A DNA stretch of 60,817 nt, taken from assembly GCA_963840855.1 (NCBI GenBank), contig CAWJBB010000073.1:1-60817 (forward strand). Reading direction: 5' to 3'. A program made the position numbers and the translations under genes. This stretch comes from an uncultured delta proteobacterium. Lineage in GTDB: Bacteria > Desulfobacterota > Binatia > UBA9968. The notes below the pieces were generated by a model that saw nothing but the letters and a program-made list of their open reading frames with translations, was not told where the DNA came from and made no database searches. How positions within the stretch are numbered: position 1 is the first letter of the stretch; the number at the start of each line of letters is the position of its first letter. Below are positions 1 through 10,596 of the stretch, in pieces.

Positions 1-68
1 CTTTGGGGGATAAAACGCTATACGTTGACTCGAATAATTTTACATTGACTTCATTGCGTGAGGATCCT

Positions 69-917
69 ATGCAACCAATTCCGATGAAAAATAGAATGGT
101 GTGCGCATTGGATAGGCTGCTTATTGCGGCGCTCGTGTCGCTCATGGCGTTTTCCTACGTGCCTGCGCTGGCGCAGGACCCAAGCGGCGGCCTTGCCCGG
201 TGGGTTGCGGCGCCCCATCGCAGCGCGGGCAATGTGGCACGCGACGGCTTCCGGCATCCCGTTGAGACGCTGGTGTTCTTCGGTATCAAGGAAAACAGCA
301 CCGTCGTAGAGATCCTGCCCGGCAGCACCGGCTATTATATGGAGATTCTCGCGCCCTATCTGAGAGAGCGAGGCCGTTACATAGCGGCGAACCGCGACGA
401 GGCGGCGGCGCCGCAGTATCTTGCCGATCATCAGAAGCTACTGGCGCGGCTCAAGGCCGACCCTGCGCTTTACGGAAAGGTCCTTGTCACGAAATTCAAC
501 GCCGATAAGCACGAGATCGCGCCTCCGGCCAGCGCCGATTTTGTCCTCACGTTCCGCAACCTGCACAACTGGGTCGAACGCAACGAGGTCGACGGGGCGC
601 TGCGCGCGTTTCGCCAAGCGCTGAAACCGGGCGCCGTGCTTGGCGTCGTCGATCATCGCGGACGCGCCGACATGTCGCAGGAAGCGCAAATGAAAACGGG
701 CTACGTTCGTCAGGACTTCACCATCGCGCTGATCGAAAAGGCCGGGTTCAAGTTGGCCGGCGCTTCGGAGGTCAATGCCAATCCCAAGGACACGAAGGAC
801 CATCCGGAAGGAGTGTGGACGCTGCCGCCAACGTATCGCCTGAAGGAGAAGGACCGCGCGAAATACGAGGCCATCGGAGAGAGCGACCGCTTCACGCTCA
901 AATTTGTCAAGCAGTGA
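69..917 (+). CDS. Exported predicted class I SAM-dependent methyltransferase (COG4798-like)
   Basis: Motifs RD..RHP.ETL.FFGI, VVEILPGSTGYY, VLTFRNLHNW, GESDRFTLKF; signal-peptide-like N-terminus. Start uncertain (ATG at 69 after GAGGA). Confidence 0.8.
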   Translation: MQPIPMKNRMVCALDRLLIAALVSLMAFSYVPALAQDPSGGLARWVAAPHRSAGNVARDGFRHPVETLVFFGIKENSTVVEILPGSTGYYMEILAPYLRERGRYIAANRDEAAAPQYLADHQKLLARLKADPALYGKVLVTKFNADKHEIAPPASADFVLTFRNLHNWVERNEVDGALRAFRQALKPGAVLGVVDHRGRADMSQEAQMKTGYVRQDFTIALIEKAGFKLAGASEVNANPKDTKDHPEGVWTLPPTYRLKEKDRAKYEAIGESDRFTLKFVKQ

Positions 918-951
918 GAGTCGAGGGTAGTGGTTCAGTTTCACCAAAATT

Positions 952-995
952 CGTAGGGGCAACCCCATGTGGTTGCAGGCGCATAGGCCCCTACA
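952..995. repeat. GTAG-type REP-like palindrome
   Basis: cGTAGGGGC...GCCCCTACa inverted ends with an internal GCAACC/GGTTGC stem. Confidence 0.5.
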
Positions 996-1037
996 TCCAT
1001 GCGGCGTTGAAATCAAACTGAACCACAACCTAAAATA

Positions 1038-1141
1038 GCTCCAAGCGTTCAAATAGTTCAAAACGTTTAATTCGCTGGGAGACCGAGGCTTTTTCTGAAA
1101 TTAACGGCTTGAACGATTTGAACCATTTGAACGTTTGGAAC
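1038..1141. repeat. Intergenic GTTCAA/TTGAAC 9-nt-period inverted tandem repeat
   Basis: gttcaaata gttcaaaac ... ttgaacgat ttgaaccat ttgaacgtt between convergent genes. Confidence 0.75.
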
Positions 1142-1149
1142 GACCTTTT

Positions 1150-2277
1150 CTAAACCGCGGGCATCGCGCATTCCACGCCGGATTTTTTGAGCTCTTCTTC
1201 GTAGTGCTTGCGGATGTACGGGTCTTCGTCCGCGTATTCGATCAGTGTGCCGCCTTTTTTCACGTCGATATAGACGCCGTCTTCGCTGCGTTTATCGGCG
1301 ATTTTGAAGCCGATGGGATGAATCCGGCTGCCATAACGCAGCGCGAGATGACGCGCGGGTTGTGCTTCGGTGTTGAAGTGCTGGTGAAACCAGCCCCCGG
1401 GAGGACAGTAAACGCTGCCCGCTTTCCATTTCACTTCCACCACGTCCTCGCCGTGACCGGACTCGTACGGACGGGTGCCCAGCTCCTTTGACCAGAGCAA
1501 AACATAGCCCGACGACTGCAGGCCCATTAAGATTGCGCCGGCGCCGTGATAGTGCGCCTTGTGATAGCGCGCCGCCGGCCACTGCGCCAGATGGCCGATC
1601 AAGCTATTTCCCGACAATTCGAACTGGGTGATGCGCACACCCGCGCCTTTCACTTCCCTCTGGTCGAGATTCGCCGACCGTACGTCCATGATGAAGTTGG
1701 TTTCCCAAATATGCTGCATGCCGGACTCGTAGCGCTTTTGTCCCACTTTGAAATAGTCGTCAGCGGCCGAGTAGCGATCGGAAAACTGATACGGGCTGTT
1801 AAAGACCAGATCGTCGTTGTGGAAGATATCCATGACCAGCGGTGCGTTGGTGACGGCCAAAAACTTGACCGGCTGCCGCCCGCCGTTGATCAACCGGTGC
1901 CAGGCGTTGAGCGGCGGCGAGAACAGACTCCAGGGTCCCCACTCGAACATCTGCTTGCGGCCGCCTTCCTGCCATACTTCCGTGGCGCCTTGACCGTCGA
2001 GAATGCAAATGACTTCTTCATAGAAATGCTTCTCCGGCTCCAGCGCGCCGCCGGCCGGAATCTCTGCGACATACATGCCGGTCACGCCTTCCATGCCGTA
2101 GAGATTCAAAAAGGCCGCCTTACCGCCCATGCGCGGCCAATGCGCTGTCGCCAATTCCCGGACATCCTCCAGCCCGTAGCCATCGATGATGGGAATGCCC
2201 TGGCGAGCCATCCACTTGAAGTAGGCTGTCTTTTGAAATGCCGACATCAGAGCTTGTACGCGTTCGTCTTGTGACAT
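1150..2277 (-). CDS. Bicupin-domain protein (gentisate 1,2-dioxygenase-like fold)
   Basis: EKHFYEE...PPLNAWH and HKAHYHGAGA...WFHQHFN cupin motifs; start MSQDE at 2277 after AAGGAG. Confidence 0.8.
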   Translation of the reverse strand: MSQDERVQALMSAFQKTAYFKWMARQGIPIIDGYGLEDVRELATAHWPRMGGKAAFLNLYGMEGVTGMYVAEIPAGGALEPEKHFYEEVICILDGQGATEVWQEGGRKQMFEWGPWSLFSPPLNAWHRLINGGRQPVKFLAVTNAPLVMDIFHNDDLVFNSPYQFSDRYSAADDYFKVGQKRYESGMQHIWETNFIMDVRSANLDQREVKGAGVRITQFELSGNSLIGHLAQWPAARYHKAHYHGAGAILMGLQSSGYVLLWSKELGTRPYESGHGEDVVEVKWKAGSVYCPPGGWFHQHFNTEAQPARHLALRYGSRIHPIGFKIADKRSEDGVYIDVKKGGTLIEYADEDPYIRKHYEEELKKSGVECAMPAV

Positions 2278-2518
2278 AGGCGCTTTCTCCTTTTCACAGA
2301 AAGACTTCCGCTGGAACATATTTTCAATTTGACTCGCGCGCTGCAGCCAATTTTCCCTGTGGACTATCACAGTGCGTCTAACCGAGGAAGACTTTGGGTT
2401 GGACTCTCTGTGCACACGCAGTGTGTGCCTTGCAGTTTCCCGGAACGCAGAATATAGATTCGATTGACCGTTGTAACGCTGTGCCAAAAATTGACGCGAA
2501 ATGAGGAGAGATTGATTC

Positions 2519-3556
2519 ATGCGACTGCCGCACCGGGACCCAATTCGTTTGGGTCCGACAGCCTATGAAGCGTTTCAGGAAAAGGAAGGCATCCCATCGG
2601 TTACAGGATTTTTCGTCGAAGACTTGATGGACGTCGAGGTGAAGCCCTGGGCGCGCATGGGCGCCCTCGGCGCGTTTTTGAATCTTGGCGAACAGCAGGA
2701 AACCGACGCTTATATTTGCGAAATCCCGGCCGGAAAACAGACGGAACCGCAGCGCCATTTATTTGAAACCCTCGTTTATATTCACAAAGGCCGCGGCGCG
2801 ACCACAGTGTGGTTCGAGGAGAACGCCAAGCAGACTTTTGAGTGGGGCGCAGGGGCGATTTTTGCGATTCCGCTCAATGTTGCCTACCAGCATTTCAACG
2901 TCTCGAACGAAACCGTACGTTTGCTCGGCGGCACCAACGCGCCCCATGTCATCAACCTTTTTCACAATGACGATTTTATTTTTCGGAATCCCTTTCAGTT
3001 TCGCGACCGCTTTCGTCCCGAGCGCGAGTTCTTCAACGAGAACAAACGGCTCACGGTGCGCTCCTGGGAAAGCAATCTGGTGCCGGATATAAACGAGTTT
3101 GCCCTCGACGATTACCCGATGAAAGGAAGGGGCGTAAAGATCATGCGCTTCGGTTTGGCGGGAACCACCTATGGCTGCCATGTGCAAGAATTCCCCGCCG
3201 GTAGCCGCAGCACTTTTCACCGCCACGGGCCCGGCGCGGTTGTCTGCGTAACGAAAGGCGAGGGGTTCGCAATGGTGTGGCGTGAAGGCGAAGAGCGCAC
3301 CCGCTTCGAGCTCGGATCAGGATCAATTTATTCCCCCGGCGATCTCATGTACCACGGCCATTTCAATACCGGCCACGGCACGATGCGCCACTTCGCCATG
3401 CGCGGGCGCAGTCCGAAGTACAGCCAGGATCGCTTCCGCACCAAGCTGCATGAGATGATTCCGTTCGACGAAGAGCCGCCGGACGTTCATCCTATGTATT
3501 TGGACGAATTGAAGCGCAAGGGCGTGAAGTCGGAAATATCAGTCGTGGAAGAGTAG
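2519..3556 (+). CDS. Bicupin-domain protein, paralogue of 1150..2277
   Basis: QRHLFE...PLNVAYQHFN and FHRHGPGA...YHGHFN; GAGGAG RBS. Confidence 0.8.
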   Translation: MRLPHRDPIRLGPTAYEAFQEKEGIPSVTGFFVEDLMDVEVKPWARMGALGAFLNLGEQQETDAYICEIPAGKQTEPQRHLFETLVYIHKGRGATTVWFEENAKQTFEWGAGAIFAIPLNVAYQHFNVSNETVRLLGGTNAPHVINLFHNDDFIFRNPFQFRDRFRPEREFFNENKRLTVRSWESNLVPDINEFALDDYPMKGRGVKIMRFGLAGTTYGCHVQEFPAGSRSTFHRHGPGAVVCVTKGEGFAMVWREGEERTRFELGSGSIYSPGDLMYHGHFNTGHGTMRHFAMRGRSPKYSQDRFRTKLHEMIPFDEEPPDVHPMYLDELKRKGVKSEISVVEE

Positions 3557-3641
3557 AAATTGTTCAAGGTTCAATGTTCAAAGTTCAACGTTTCGGAAAT
3601 CGGAAACTTCCCCATTTTTCGACTAGAAACTGGAGAGGCAT

Positions 3642-5099
3642 ATGAACGAACTCGCTTACCATGATTTTCGCAGCTTCATAGAGGAAGCAAAAAGAATCAG
3701 CGACTATCGCATCATCGAGGGCGCGGACTGGGATGCCGAGATCGGCGCGCTTGTCGAATCCACCGCGGAGCTTGTGCCGCAGCCGCCGATGCTGATCTTC
3801 GACAAGATCAAAGGTTATCCGGCGGGTTTTCGCGTTTGCAGCTTGCCCTACGCGGCGTATCGGCGCGTGGCGCTTGCGCTGGGTCTGCCGACGGATAAAC
3901 CAAAACTGGAGGTTCTCCGCATGGCCGCGCGCAAAGTGAGAAGCGCCGAGCCGATTCCACCCAAAGAAGTGAGCAATTCGCCATTGTTCGAAAACAAGCT
4001 TACGGGCGGCGACGTGAACCTGCTCAAGTTTCCGGCGTTGCGTTTCCACGAGAACGATGGCGGGCGTTACTTCGGTCCCGGCGGTGGTTTGATCAACCGC
4101 GATCCTGATTCGGGTTACGTGAACACCGGCACGTATCGGATGCAACTGCACGATAAGAACACGCTGGGCGTGTGGATGAGCCCAGGGCAAAACGGCCGCC
4201 AGATATGTATGAAATATTGGGAGCATGGTAAAAGCTGCCCCGTCGTCGCGAGCTTCGGCCAACATCCTTTGGTTTTTATGCCGTCTTACACCAAGTTTCC
4301 TTTCGGCCGTTCCGAGATGGAAGTCTCCGGCGGCCTAATCGGGGAACCACTGGAAGTCCTGCGCGGACCGATCACCGGGTTGCCGATTCCCGCGTCGTCG
4401 GAGATTGCCATCGAAGGCGAGATTCCGCCGCCGTCCGAAGAGTCGCGCGCCGAAGGGCCGTTCGGCGAGTGGCCCGGATATTACTCCGGCGGCACCGCGG
4501 GCACGGGCGAAAACCAGCCCATCGTCCGCATCAAGGCGATCTATCACCGCAACGATCCGATCCTCGAAGACGAGGCGCCGCTGTGGCCCGGCGCGGTAAA
4601 GATGGACCTGCATATTTCCGCGGGTGTGCTGTGGGACCAACTGGAAAGCGCCGGCATTCAAGACATCGCCGGTGTGTACAATCACACTTCTTACCTAACG
4701 GTAGTATCGATCAGTCAAAAATACGCGGGCCACGCCAAACAAGCGGGGCAAGCGGCGCTAGGCTGCGCCGCCGCGGCGCGCAACGGCCGTTACGTTGTCG
4801 TTGTGGACGAAGACATCGACCCGACCAACATCAAGGAAGTACTGTGGGCGATGATGACGCGGGTCGATCCGGCGACCAATATCGATCTTATTGACGGCTG
4901 CTGGAGCACACCGCTGGACCCGCGCATGCCGCCGGAGAAACGAGACAACAAAGATCACACCAACAGCCGGGCCATTTTCTACGCCGTGAGACCCTATGCG
5001 TGGCGGGAGAAGTTTCCGAAGGTCAGCCGGTCAAGCCGAGAGCTACGCGAGCAGACGATTGCCAAGTTCAAGGACATCATTCCATTTCCCGGGGCGTGA
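3642..5099 (+). CDS. UbiD-family (de)carboxylase
   Basis: N.GTYRMQ, EIAIEGEI, EGPFGE, VVVDEDID...VLWAM.TRVDP motifs. Confidence 0.9.
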   Translation: MNELAYHDFRSFIEEAKRISDYRIIEGADWDAEIGALVESTAELVPQPPMLIFDKIKGYPAGFRVCSLPYAAYRRVALALGLPTDKPKLEVLRMAARKVRSAEPIPPKEVSNSPLFENKLTGGDVNLLKFPALRFHENDGGRYFGPGGGLINRDPDSGYVNTGTYRMQLHDKNTLGVWMSPGQNGRQICMKYWEHGKSCPVVASFGQHPLVFMPSYTKFPFGRSEMEVSGGLIGEPLEVLRGPITGLPIPASSEIAIEGEIPPPSEESRAEGPFGEWPGYYSGGTAGTGENQPIVRIKAIYHRNDPILEDEAPLWPGAVKMDLHISAGVLWDQLESAGIQDIAGVYNHTSYLTVVSISQKYAGHAKQAGQAALGCAAAARNGRYVVVVDEDIDPTNIKEVLWAMMTRVDPATNIDLIDGCWSTPLDPRMPPEKRDNKDHTNSRAIFYAVRPYAWREKFPKVSRSSRELREQTIAKFKDIIPFPGA

Positions 5100-5239
5100 T
5101 TCCCAGCCGGTGCGGGACAAATTCTTGCCGCGGAGAGGCACGCTAGCGAACCGTTGCGCATTCCGTCATTGACTACGGAAAATGGCGGCGATAAGGTAAC
5201 TTGCCTTTATGTACAGTTCTAAGACTTCCGGAGGCTCCC

Positions 5240-5662
5240 ATGTCGGTAAACAAAGTCATCCTGGTCGGTAACCTGGGCAAAGACCCAGAAGTGCGGTTTA
5301 CCCAGACGGGCAGCGCGGTGGCGAATTTTTCGATCGCGACAACCGAACAGTGGAACGACCGCGACGGTAAACGGCAGGAGCGAACTGAATGGCACAACAT
5401 CGTTGTCTGGGGAAAGCAGGGTGAAGCCTGTGGCCAGTACCTTGCTAAAGGCCGGCAAGTATATGTCGAAGGCAGCATTCGCACGCGCAGTTACGACGAC
5501 AAGACCGGAGTGAAGCGTTACGTGACGGAAATTGTCGCCCAACGGATCCAGTTCCTCGGCGGTGGCGGCGGCACAAGGATAGCCCATGAAATGGATTCGG
5601 GTAGTGGTGAAGATCCGGCTGGCGGCGGCACGCCGCCGGTGGATGACGATGTGCCGTTCTGA
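5240..5662 (+). CDS. ssb: Single-stranded DNA-binding protein
   Basis: [19 protein letters not shown], acidic DDDVPF tail; GGAGG RBS. Confidence 0.97.
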   Translation: MSVNKVILVGNLGKDPEVRFTQTGSAVANFSIATTEQWNDRDGKRQERTEWHNIVVWGKQGEACGQYLAKGRQVYVEGSIRTRSYDDKTGVKRYVTEIVAQRIQFLGGGGGTRIAHEMDSGSGEDPAGGGTPPVDDDVPF

Positions 5663-5740
5663 ATAAAGGATGCCGGATGAGACGGATTCGGAAGCCCAAC
5701 TTCAACCCAAATTAAAGGTCTATTTAACGTCGCAGAAGTC

Positions 5741-6718
5741 TCATGCCACAATGTTTCTCGGCTCGCCCGCGAAGAAGGCTGCGATATTGGCGGCGACTTC
5801 ATCGAGCAAGCGCGCCCGCGCTTCGCGCGCCGACCAGGCCGTGTGCGGCGTGACGATCAAATTTTCGATTTCTTTGGCTGCTTGAATAATCGGATGATCG
5901 GCGGGCGGCGGCTCTTGCGTGATGACATCCAATGCCGCCGCCGCGATGCGCTTCTCGCGTAAAGCCGCGATCACGGCGGCTTCGTCGATCAGCGCCCCGC
6001 GCGCGGTGTTTATCAGAAACGCCGTCGGCTTCATCAGTGACAGGCTTTGCTTGTTAATGAGATTCTTGGTCTCAGGCGTAAGTGGGCAATGGAGCGAGAC
6101 GACATCGGCATTCTTGAGCAGTTGCTCCAACGGCGTTCGGTCCGCCGAAATCGGACCTCGGCCGCCAGGGCGGGCGGCGACAAGAATCGCCATGCCGAAA
6201 CCGCGCGCCATGCGCGCCACGGTTTGGCCGATGTTGCCATAGCCGACTATGCCAAGTGTTTTTCCGTTCAGTTCGACCGTTGGGTACGTTAGAAGGCTGA
6301 AAACCGGACTTTTCTGCCACTCACCCGCCTTGACGGCGTCGCCGTAACGGCCCGCCCGGGTGGCCAGTTCGAGTATCAGCGCCATGGTGAATTGCGCCAC
6401 TGATTGCGTGGCATAGCCGGGGACATTGCAGACCGCGACGCCACGTTGGGCCGCCGCTGCTTTATCGATGATGTCGGTGCCGGTGGCCGCGACGGCGATC
6501 AGTTTTAAGTCCTGCGCCTCGTTTGAATTCAGCACGGCGCGATCCATGACGACTTTATTCGTGATGGCAACAGCATGACCCGCCAGTCGCTGGATTGTCT
6601 CCTCGGGGCGGGTTACCTGATGAACCATGCATCGCCAGCGATCGGTGAAACTGCGCAACGAAATGTCGCCATAGGTTGCCGCGTCGAGAAAAACGATGCG
6701 AGGTTGTGCCGTCGTCAT
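5741..6718 (-). CDS. D-2-hydroxyacid dehydrogenase (glycerate dehydrogenase-like)
   Basis: GIVGYGNIG, SLHCPLT, LINTARG, TPHTAW. Confidence 0.9.
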   Translation of the reverse strand: MTTAQPRIVFLDAATYGDISLRSFTDRWRCMVHQVTRPEETIQRLAGHAVAITNKVVMDRAVLNSNEAQDLKLIAVAATGTDIIDKAAAAQRGVAVCNVPGYATQSVAQFTMALILELATRAGRYGDAVKAGEWQKSPVFSLLTYPTVELNGKTLGIVGYGNIGQTVARMARGFGMAILVAARPGGRGPISADRTPLEQLLKNADVVSLHCPLTPETKNLINKQSLSLMKPTAFLINTARGALIDEAAVIAALREKRIAAAALDVITQEPPPADHPIIQAAKEIENLIVTPHTAWSAREARARLLDEVAANIAAFFAGEPRNIVA

Positions 6719-7530
6719 TCCGGGTTTTTCTCTCGGGCTTCGATTTTCTTGGCCTCTTCCCAGAACAAATCCATTTCTTCGAGGGAGGATTGGTCTAAGG
6801 TTTTATTGGCTTCGCCAAGTTTCGTTTCGATGTAATGAAACCGCCGCGTAAAGCGGTCGATGGTTTGTGCCAGCGCATGCTCCGCTTCAATATCGAGGAA
6901 GCGGGCAAGGTTGACCAGGGAGAAAAATAGGTCTCCCAATTCTTCGGCGGTTCTCTGCCTGTCGCCGGAAGCCGCAGCGTTTTTTAACTCGTGGATTTCT
7001 TCCTCGACTTTACCCCACACCGGTTCGACGTTGGGCCAATCGAAACCGAGGTGCGCGGCTCTTTGCGTAATCGACTGTGCGCGGGCTAGGGCCGGCATGG
7101 CTTTCGGCACGTTGCCGAGAGCAGATTTCGCTTCGCCGCTTTTTTTCTCGTCGGCCTTTATCTGAAGCCGTTGCTTCAGAACCGCGGCCGTGTTTTCGGG
7201 CACGGGCTCGCCCGCGAAGACATAGGGATGGCGGCGCACGAGTTTCTCGGTGAGTTGTGTGACCACGTCTTTGATCGTAAACCGGCCATCTTCGGCCGCG
7301 ATCTGGGAGTGGAAGACTACCTGGAGCAATACATCGCCCAACTCTTCCCGCAGTTTCTTCGGGTCGCCATCGTCCAACGCGTCGAGCAGCTCATAGGTTT
7401 CTTCGAGCAGACAAGGTTTGAGCGAGACATGGGTCTGCTCCTTGTCCCAAGGGCAGCCCTGCTCGCCACGTAGCTCAGCCATTACCTTGAGCAACTTTGC
7501 AAATTTTTCAGCCGCGCTGTCTGCCGCCAC
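6715..7530 (-). CDS. mazG: Nucleoside triphosphate pyrophosphohydrolase MazG
   Basis: GCPWDKEQTH, EETYE, EELGD twice, KLVRRHP. Confidence 0.95.
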   Translation of the reverse strand: MAADSAAEKFAKLLKVMAELRGEQGCPWDKEQTHVSLKPCLLEETYELLDALDDGDPKKLREELGDVLLQVVFHSQIAAEDGRFTIKDVVTQLTEKLVRRHPYVFAGEPVPENTAAVLKQRLQIKADEKKSGEAKSALGNVPKAMPALARAQSITQRAAHLGFDWPNVEPVWGKVEEEIHELKNAAASGDRQRTAEELGDLFFSLVNLARFLDIEAEHALAQTIDRFTRRFHYIETKLGEANKTLDQSSLEEMDLFWEEAKKIEAREKNPE

Positions 7531-7911
7531 GATTGCCTCCGCAAGTCAATTTGTCGCACAATTTACGCTGTCCTGATCTTACGTAGGCCCGGCTGATCTG
7601 TCTACCCCTCTTTGCCTTTCACCCGGAGCAATTTTAAGCTTCGACGGTTAAGCTGTAAATATTTAATATGTGAACTTAAGTTGTTGATTTTACGCAGTTT
7701 TTTATCAGAAATACCTTGTCAGCCGGCGCCCGTTGGGCTAGCATCAGTGCTCATGAACTTGGCATTCCACGCGGCAGGAATATTTTCCGAACGGATATCC
7801 CGCAAGACGCGTTGCCGTTTCACGAGTGTGCCGCAATACGATGACATCACAACACTGCGCCAGCTCGTGAAACGAGATCATGGGCGAAGGCAAGAAAAGG
7901 AGCTGAGATAT

Positions 7912-9054
7912 TTGCCAAGACGGACGTTCCAAGGATTGTTCGGATTCGTAACAATCGCGGTGCTATGCTTGCTTTGCTTGCAGAGCGCGCCGGGTTTTGC
8001 CGCGGCGGCGCCCAAAACCGAATGGCAAGCAGAGTGGGAGAAGACCCTTGCCGCTGCCGAGAAAGAAGGTCAGGTGACGATCTACGGCCCGCCAGGCATC
8101 ACCTACCAGAACGCTATCGGCGCCTTCCAGGATGCGTTTCCCAAGATCAAACTGGTCTACGTTCCGGGCTCGGGCACCAATAATGCGCAACGCCTGTTGA
8201 CTGAAAGAAGAGCGGGTAAATTTATCGCGGATCTGTTTATCGGCGGTTCCGGCACGATCATCGAAGTCCTATTCGATGGCAACTTGCTCGAGCCTATTCC
8301 GCCCATGCTTCTTTTGCCTGAGGTCAAGGATCAATCGGCGTGGTTCGGCAAAAGCCACGTCTACGCCGACGCCAAGGGCCAGCACGTCTTTATGATGCAG
8401 GGTAACGTCAACACCAATCTGGCGGCCTACAATACTAAATCGATACAGCCCGAGGGTCTCAAGTCTTACCTGGATTTGCTGCATCCAAGGTGGAAAGGAA
8501 AGATGGTTGCTTACGATCCGCGGGCGCGGGGCCATATCCAGTCCGTTCGCGGCATTTATCATAACCCGAAGCTGGGCGGCGAATTTTTTCGCCGTTTCTT
8601 CGGCGACATGGACGTGGCGCTGACGCGCGACCAGCGACTCATGATTGACTGGCTCGCGCAGGGAAAGTACCAACTGTCCATTTTTGCCACGAGCAATGAC
8701 GTACAGGAAGCCAAGAAGAAAGGTTTGCCGGTGGATTTGATAGACGCGCCGGATGACGAGTCCTACATGTCCGGCGGATTTGGCCATGTCGGCGTTGTCA
8801 ACAAGGCGCCCCATCCGGCGGCGGGCAAAGTTTTTCTCAATTGGCTTCTCTCCAAGGACGGCCAGCTCAAGTGGCAGGAAAGGTCCGACAACAATTCGCT
8901 GCGCATGGATATTTCTAAAAACATGTTGTCCGATCCGACATCGATTCCCAGGGAAAAAGGCAAGTACATCAATGCGAGTTTACCGCAGTATCAAGACATC
9001 GACGCGGCGCTGAAAATCATTGACGAGGCTCTAGCAAGAGCAGGCAAGAAATAA
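7912..9054 (+). CDS. ABC transporter extracellular solute-binding protein (Fe3+/thiamine-type fold)
   Basis: Signal peptide; WEKTLAAAEKEGQVTIY, DLLHPRWKGK, APHPAAGKVFLNWLLS. TTG start after AAGGAG is inferred. Confidence 0.8.
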   Translation: MPRRTFQGLFGFVTIAVLCLLCLQSAPGFAAAAPKTEWQAEWEKTLAAAEKEGQVTIYGPPGITYQNAIGAFQDAFPKIKLVYVPGSGTNNAQRLLTERRAGKFIADLFIGGSGTIIEVLFDGNLLEPIPPMLLLPEVKDQSAWFGKSHVYADAKGQHVFMMQGNVNTNLAAYNTKSIQPEGLKSYLDLLHPRWKGKMVAYDPRARGHIQSVRGIYHNPKLGGEFFRRFFGDMDVALTRDQRLMIDWLAQGKYQLSIFATSNDVQEAKKKGLPVDLIDAPDDESYMSGGFGHVGVVNKAPHPAAGKVFLNWLLSKDGQLKWQERSDNNSLRMDISKNMLSDPTSIPREKGKYINASLPQYQDIDAALKIIDEALARAGKK

Positions 9055-9083
9055 ACCCACATCTAAGGACGGAGGATTGTGCG

Positions 9084-10250
9084 ATGCTGACGCGAGAAGA
9101 AAATGAGATGTTAACCCGGGTCGGGCCCGGCACACCCGCGGGAGAGTTGCTGCGCCGCTACTGGCTGCCGGTGGGCGTGGCGAGCGAGTTGACCGCAGAA
9201 AATCCAACGCAGCTGGTTAGAATCCTCGGCGAAACACTCGTGTTGTTTCGCGACAAGCGCGGCAACGTAGGCCTGCTCAACGACCGCTGCGCCCATCGTG
9301 GCGTATCGCTCTCCTATGGGCGGGTCGAAGAGCGGGGAATCGCGTGTGCGTACCACGGCTGGTTGTACAACACCAAAGGCGATTGCCTTGAATGTCCGGC
9401 GGAACCGGCGGACAGCAAGTTTCATCTGACGGTGAAGCAAAAGTCCTACCCGCTGCAAATGCTCGTGGGACTCTACTGGGCGTACCTCGGCCCGTTGCCG
9501 GCGCCCCTTATCACCAATTTCGATATCTGGTTTCGCAAAGACGGCCACCGAAAGATTTTCATCCAGCCGCAACTTGATTGTAACTGGTTTCAGGCGATGG
9601 AAAATTCGATGGACCCGGCGCACCTGCAAATTCTCCATCAAGAGACTGCGGGCCGTGGCCGGGATATCCAGAACAGCACGCGGGGGCTTACAGACGATGT
9701 GGAAAGATTTGACTTCTACGAAGTTCCCTACGGCCTGATGAAGCGGCGCATCTACAAGAACGGCATGGTCGATGAGCACCCGGTGCTTTTCCCGAACATC
9801 TTGCGCCAGGGAAACGTCGGGCAGATCCGCGTGCCCATGGACGACACGCACACCAAAGTCTATTTCGTCCGCTTCTTCCCCGCCGAGAACGGCGCGATCG
9901 TCGAGAACGACGCGCCGCCGGTGGAGTATATCAAGCCTTACAAGGACCCGCCCGATGCGGTGCATCCTTACACGCGCTTTCGCATGGACGCGGTGCAAGC
10001 GCAGGATCATATGGCGTGGGAAACCCAAGGCCCGATCTGCGACCGCACCGCGGAACGTCTGACGAGCTCCGACCGGGGCATCGTGCTGCTTCGTGAAGTG
10101 ATGATGCGGGAGATGAAAAAGGTGCGGCAGGGCGCCGATCCGATGGGCGTGATTCGCGATCCGGCGCGAAATCAATTGATCGATACCCATCTCATGGAAT
10201 CCATCGCGCAGGGCCGCGAGGACCGCGCGCCGCGCGCCGTAAACGCTTAG
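9084..10250 (+). CDS. Rieske non-heme iron oxygenase alpha subunit (phthalate dioxygenase-like)
   Basis: CAHRG...CAYHGW Rieske ligands; ENSMDPAH..ILH mononuclear Fe site; LTRVGPGTPAG.LLRRYW. Confidence 0.9.
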   Translation: MLTREENEMLTRVGPGTPAGELLRRYWLPVGVASELTAENPTQLVRILGETLVLFRDKRGNVGLLNDRCAHRGVSLSYGRVEERGIACAYHGWLYNTKGDCLECPAEPADSKFHLTVKQKSYPLQMLVGLYWAYLGPLPAPLITNFDIWFRKDGHRKIFIQPQLDCNWFQAMENSMDPAHLQILHQETAGRGRDIQNSTRGLTDDVERFDFYEVPYGLMKRRIYKNGMVDEHPVLFPNILRQGNVGQIRVPMDDTHTKVYFVRFFPAENGAIVENDAPPVEYIKPYKDPPDAVHPYTRFRMDAVQAQDHMAWETQGPICDRTAERLTSSDRGIVLLREVMMREMKKVRQGADPMGVIRDPARNQLIDTHLMESIAQGREDRAPRAVNA

Positions 10251-10596
10251 TTTTTTACTTCCGGCCTTGCACGACGGGTCGAGCACAAGGCTCCCGGCAG
10301 AGCCCTGCGCCGCGCACGCCGTCCCCTTGTTTCGAGATTGTAGCACTCAAATTAGCGTGAAAGACCGGCCCACGCCGGCCGACGATTATCTCTTCGACAT
10401 TCAATTCGAGATCTTCGCTGAGCCGCTGAAGGTTTTCCTCATGCGCAACCTCATCAAACCGAGTTGCGTTTCGCGCGACTGGGAAACCCGATAAACTGAT
10501 TGGGAAAATATCAACAAATTTCACAAACCGCCAAACTTGTCATTGTTTGACGCCGATACATGTGATTCAATTGAAGCGGTGTTAAGGAGGTGATTC

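Noticed and set aside
9111-10346. Long antisense ORFs (also 56095..57120, 57023..57787, 438..1061)
   Set aside because: They are shadows of well-supported genes in GC-rich DNA and have no motifs.
10255-10524. Small ORFs upstream of bfr as bfd ferredoxin
   Set aside because: Neither strand has the CxC...CxxC pattern of Bfd.
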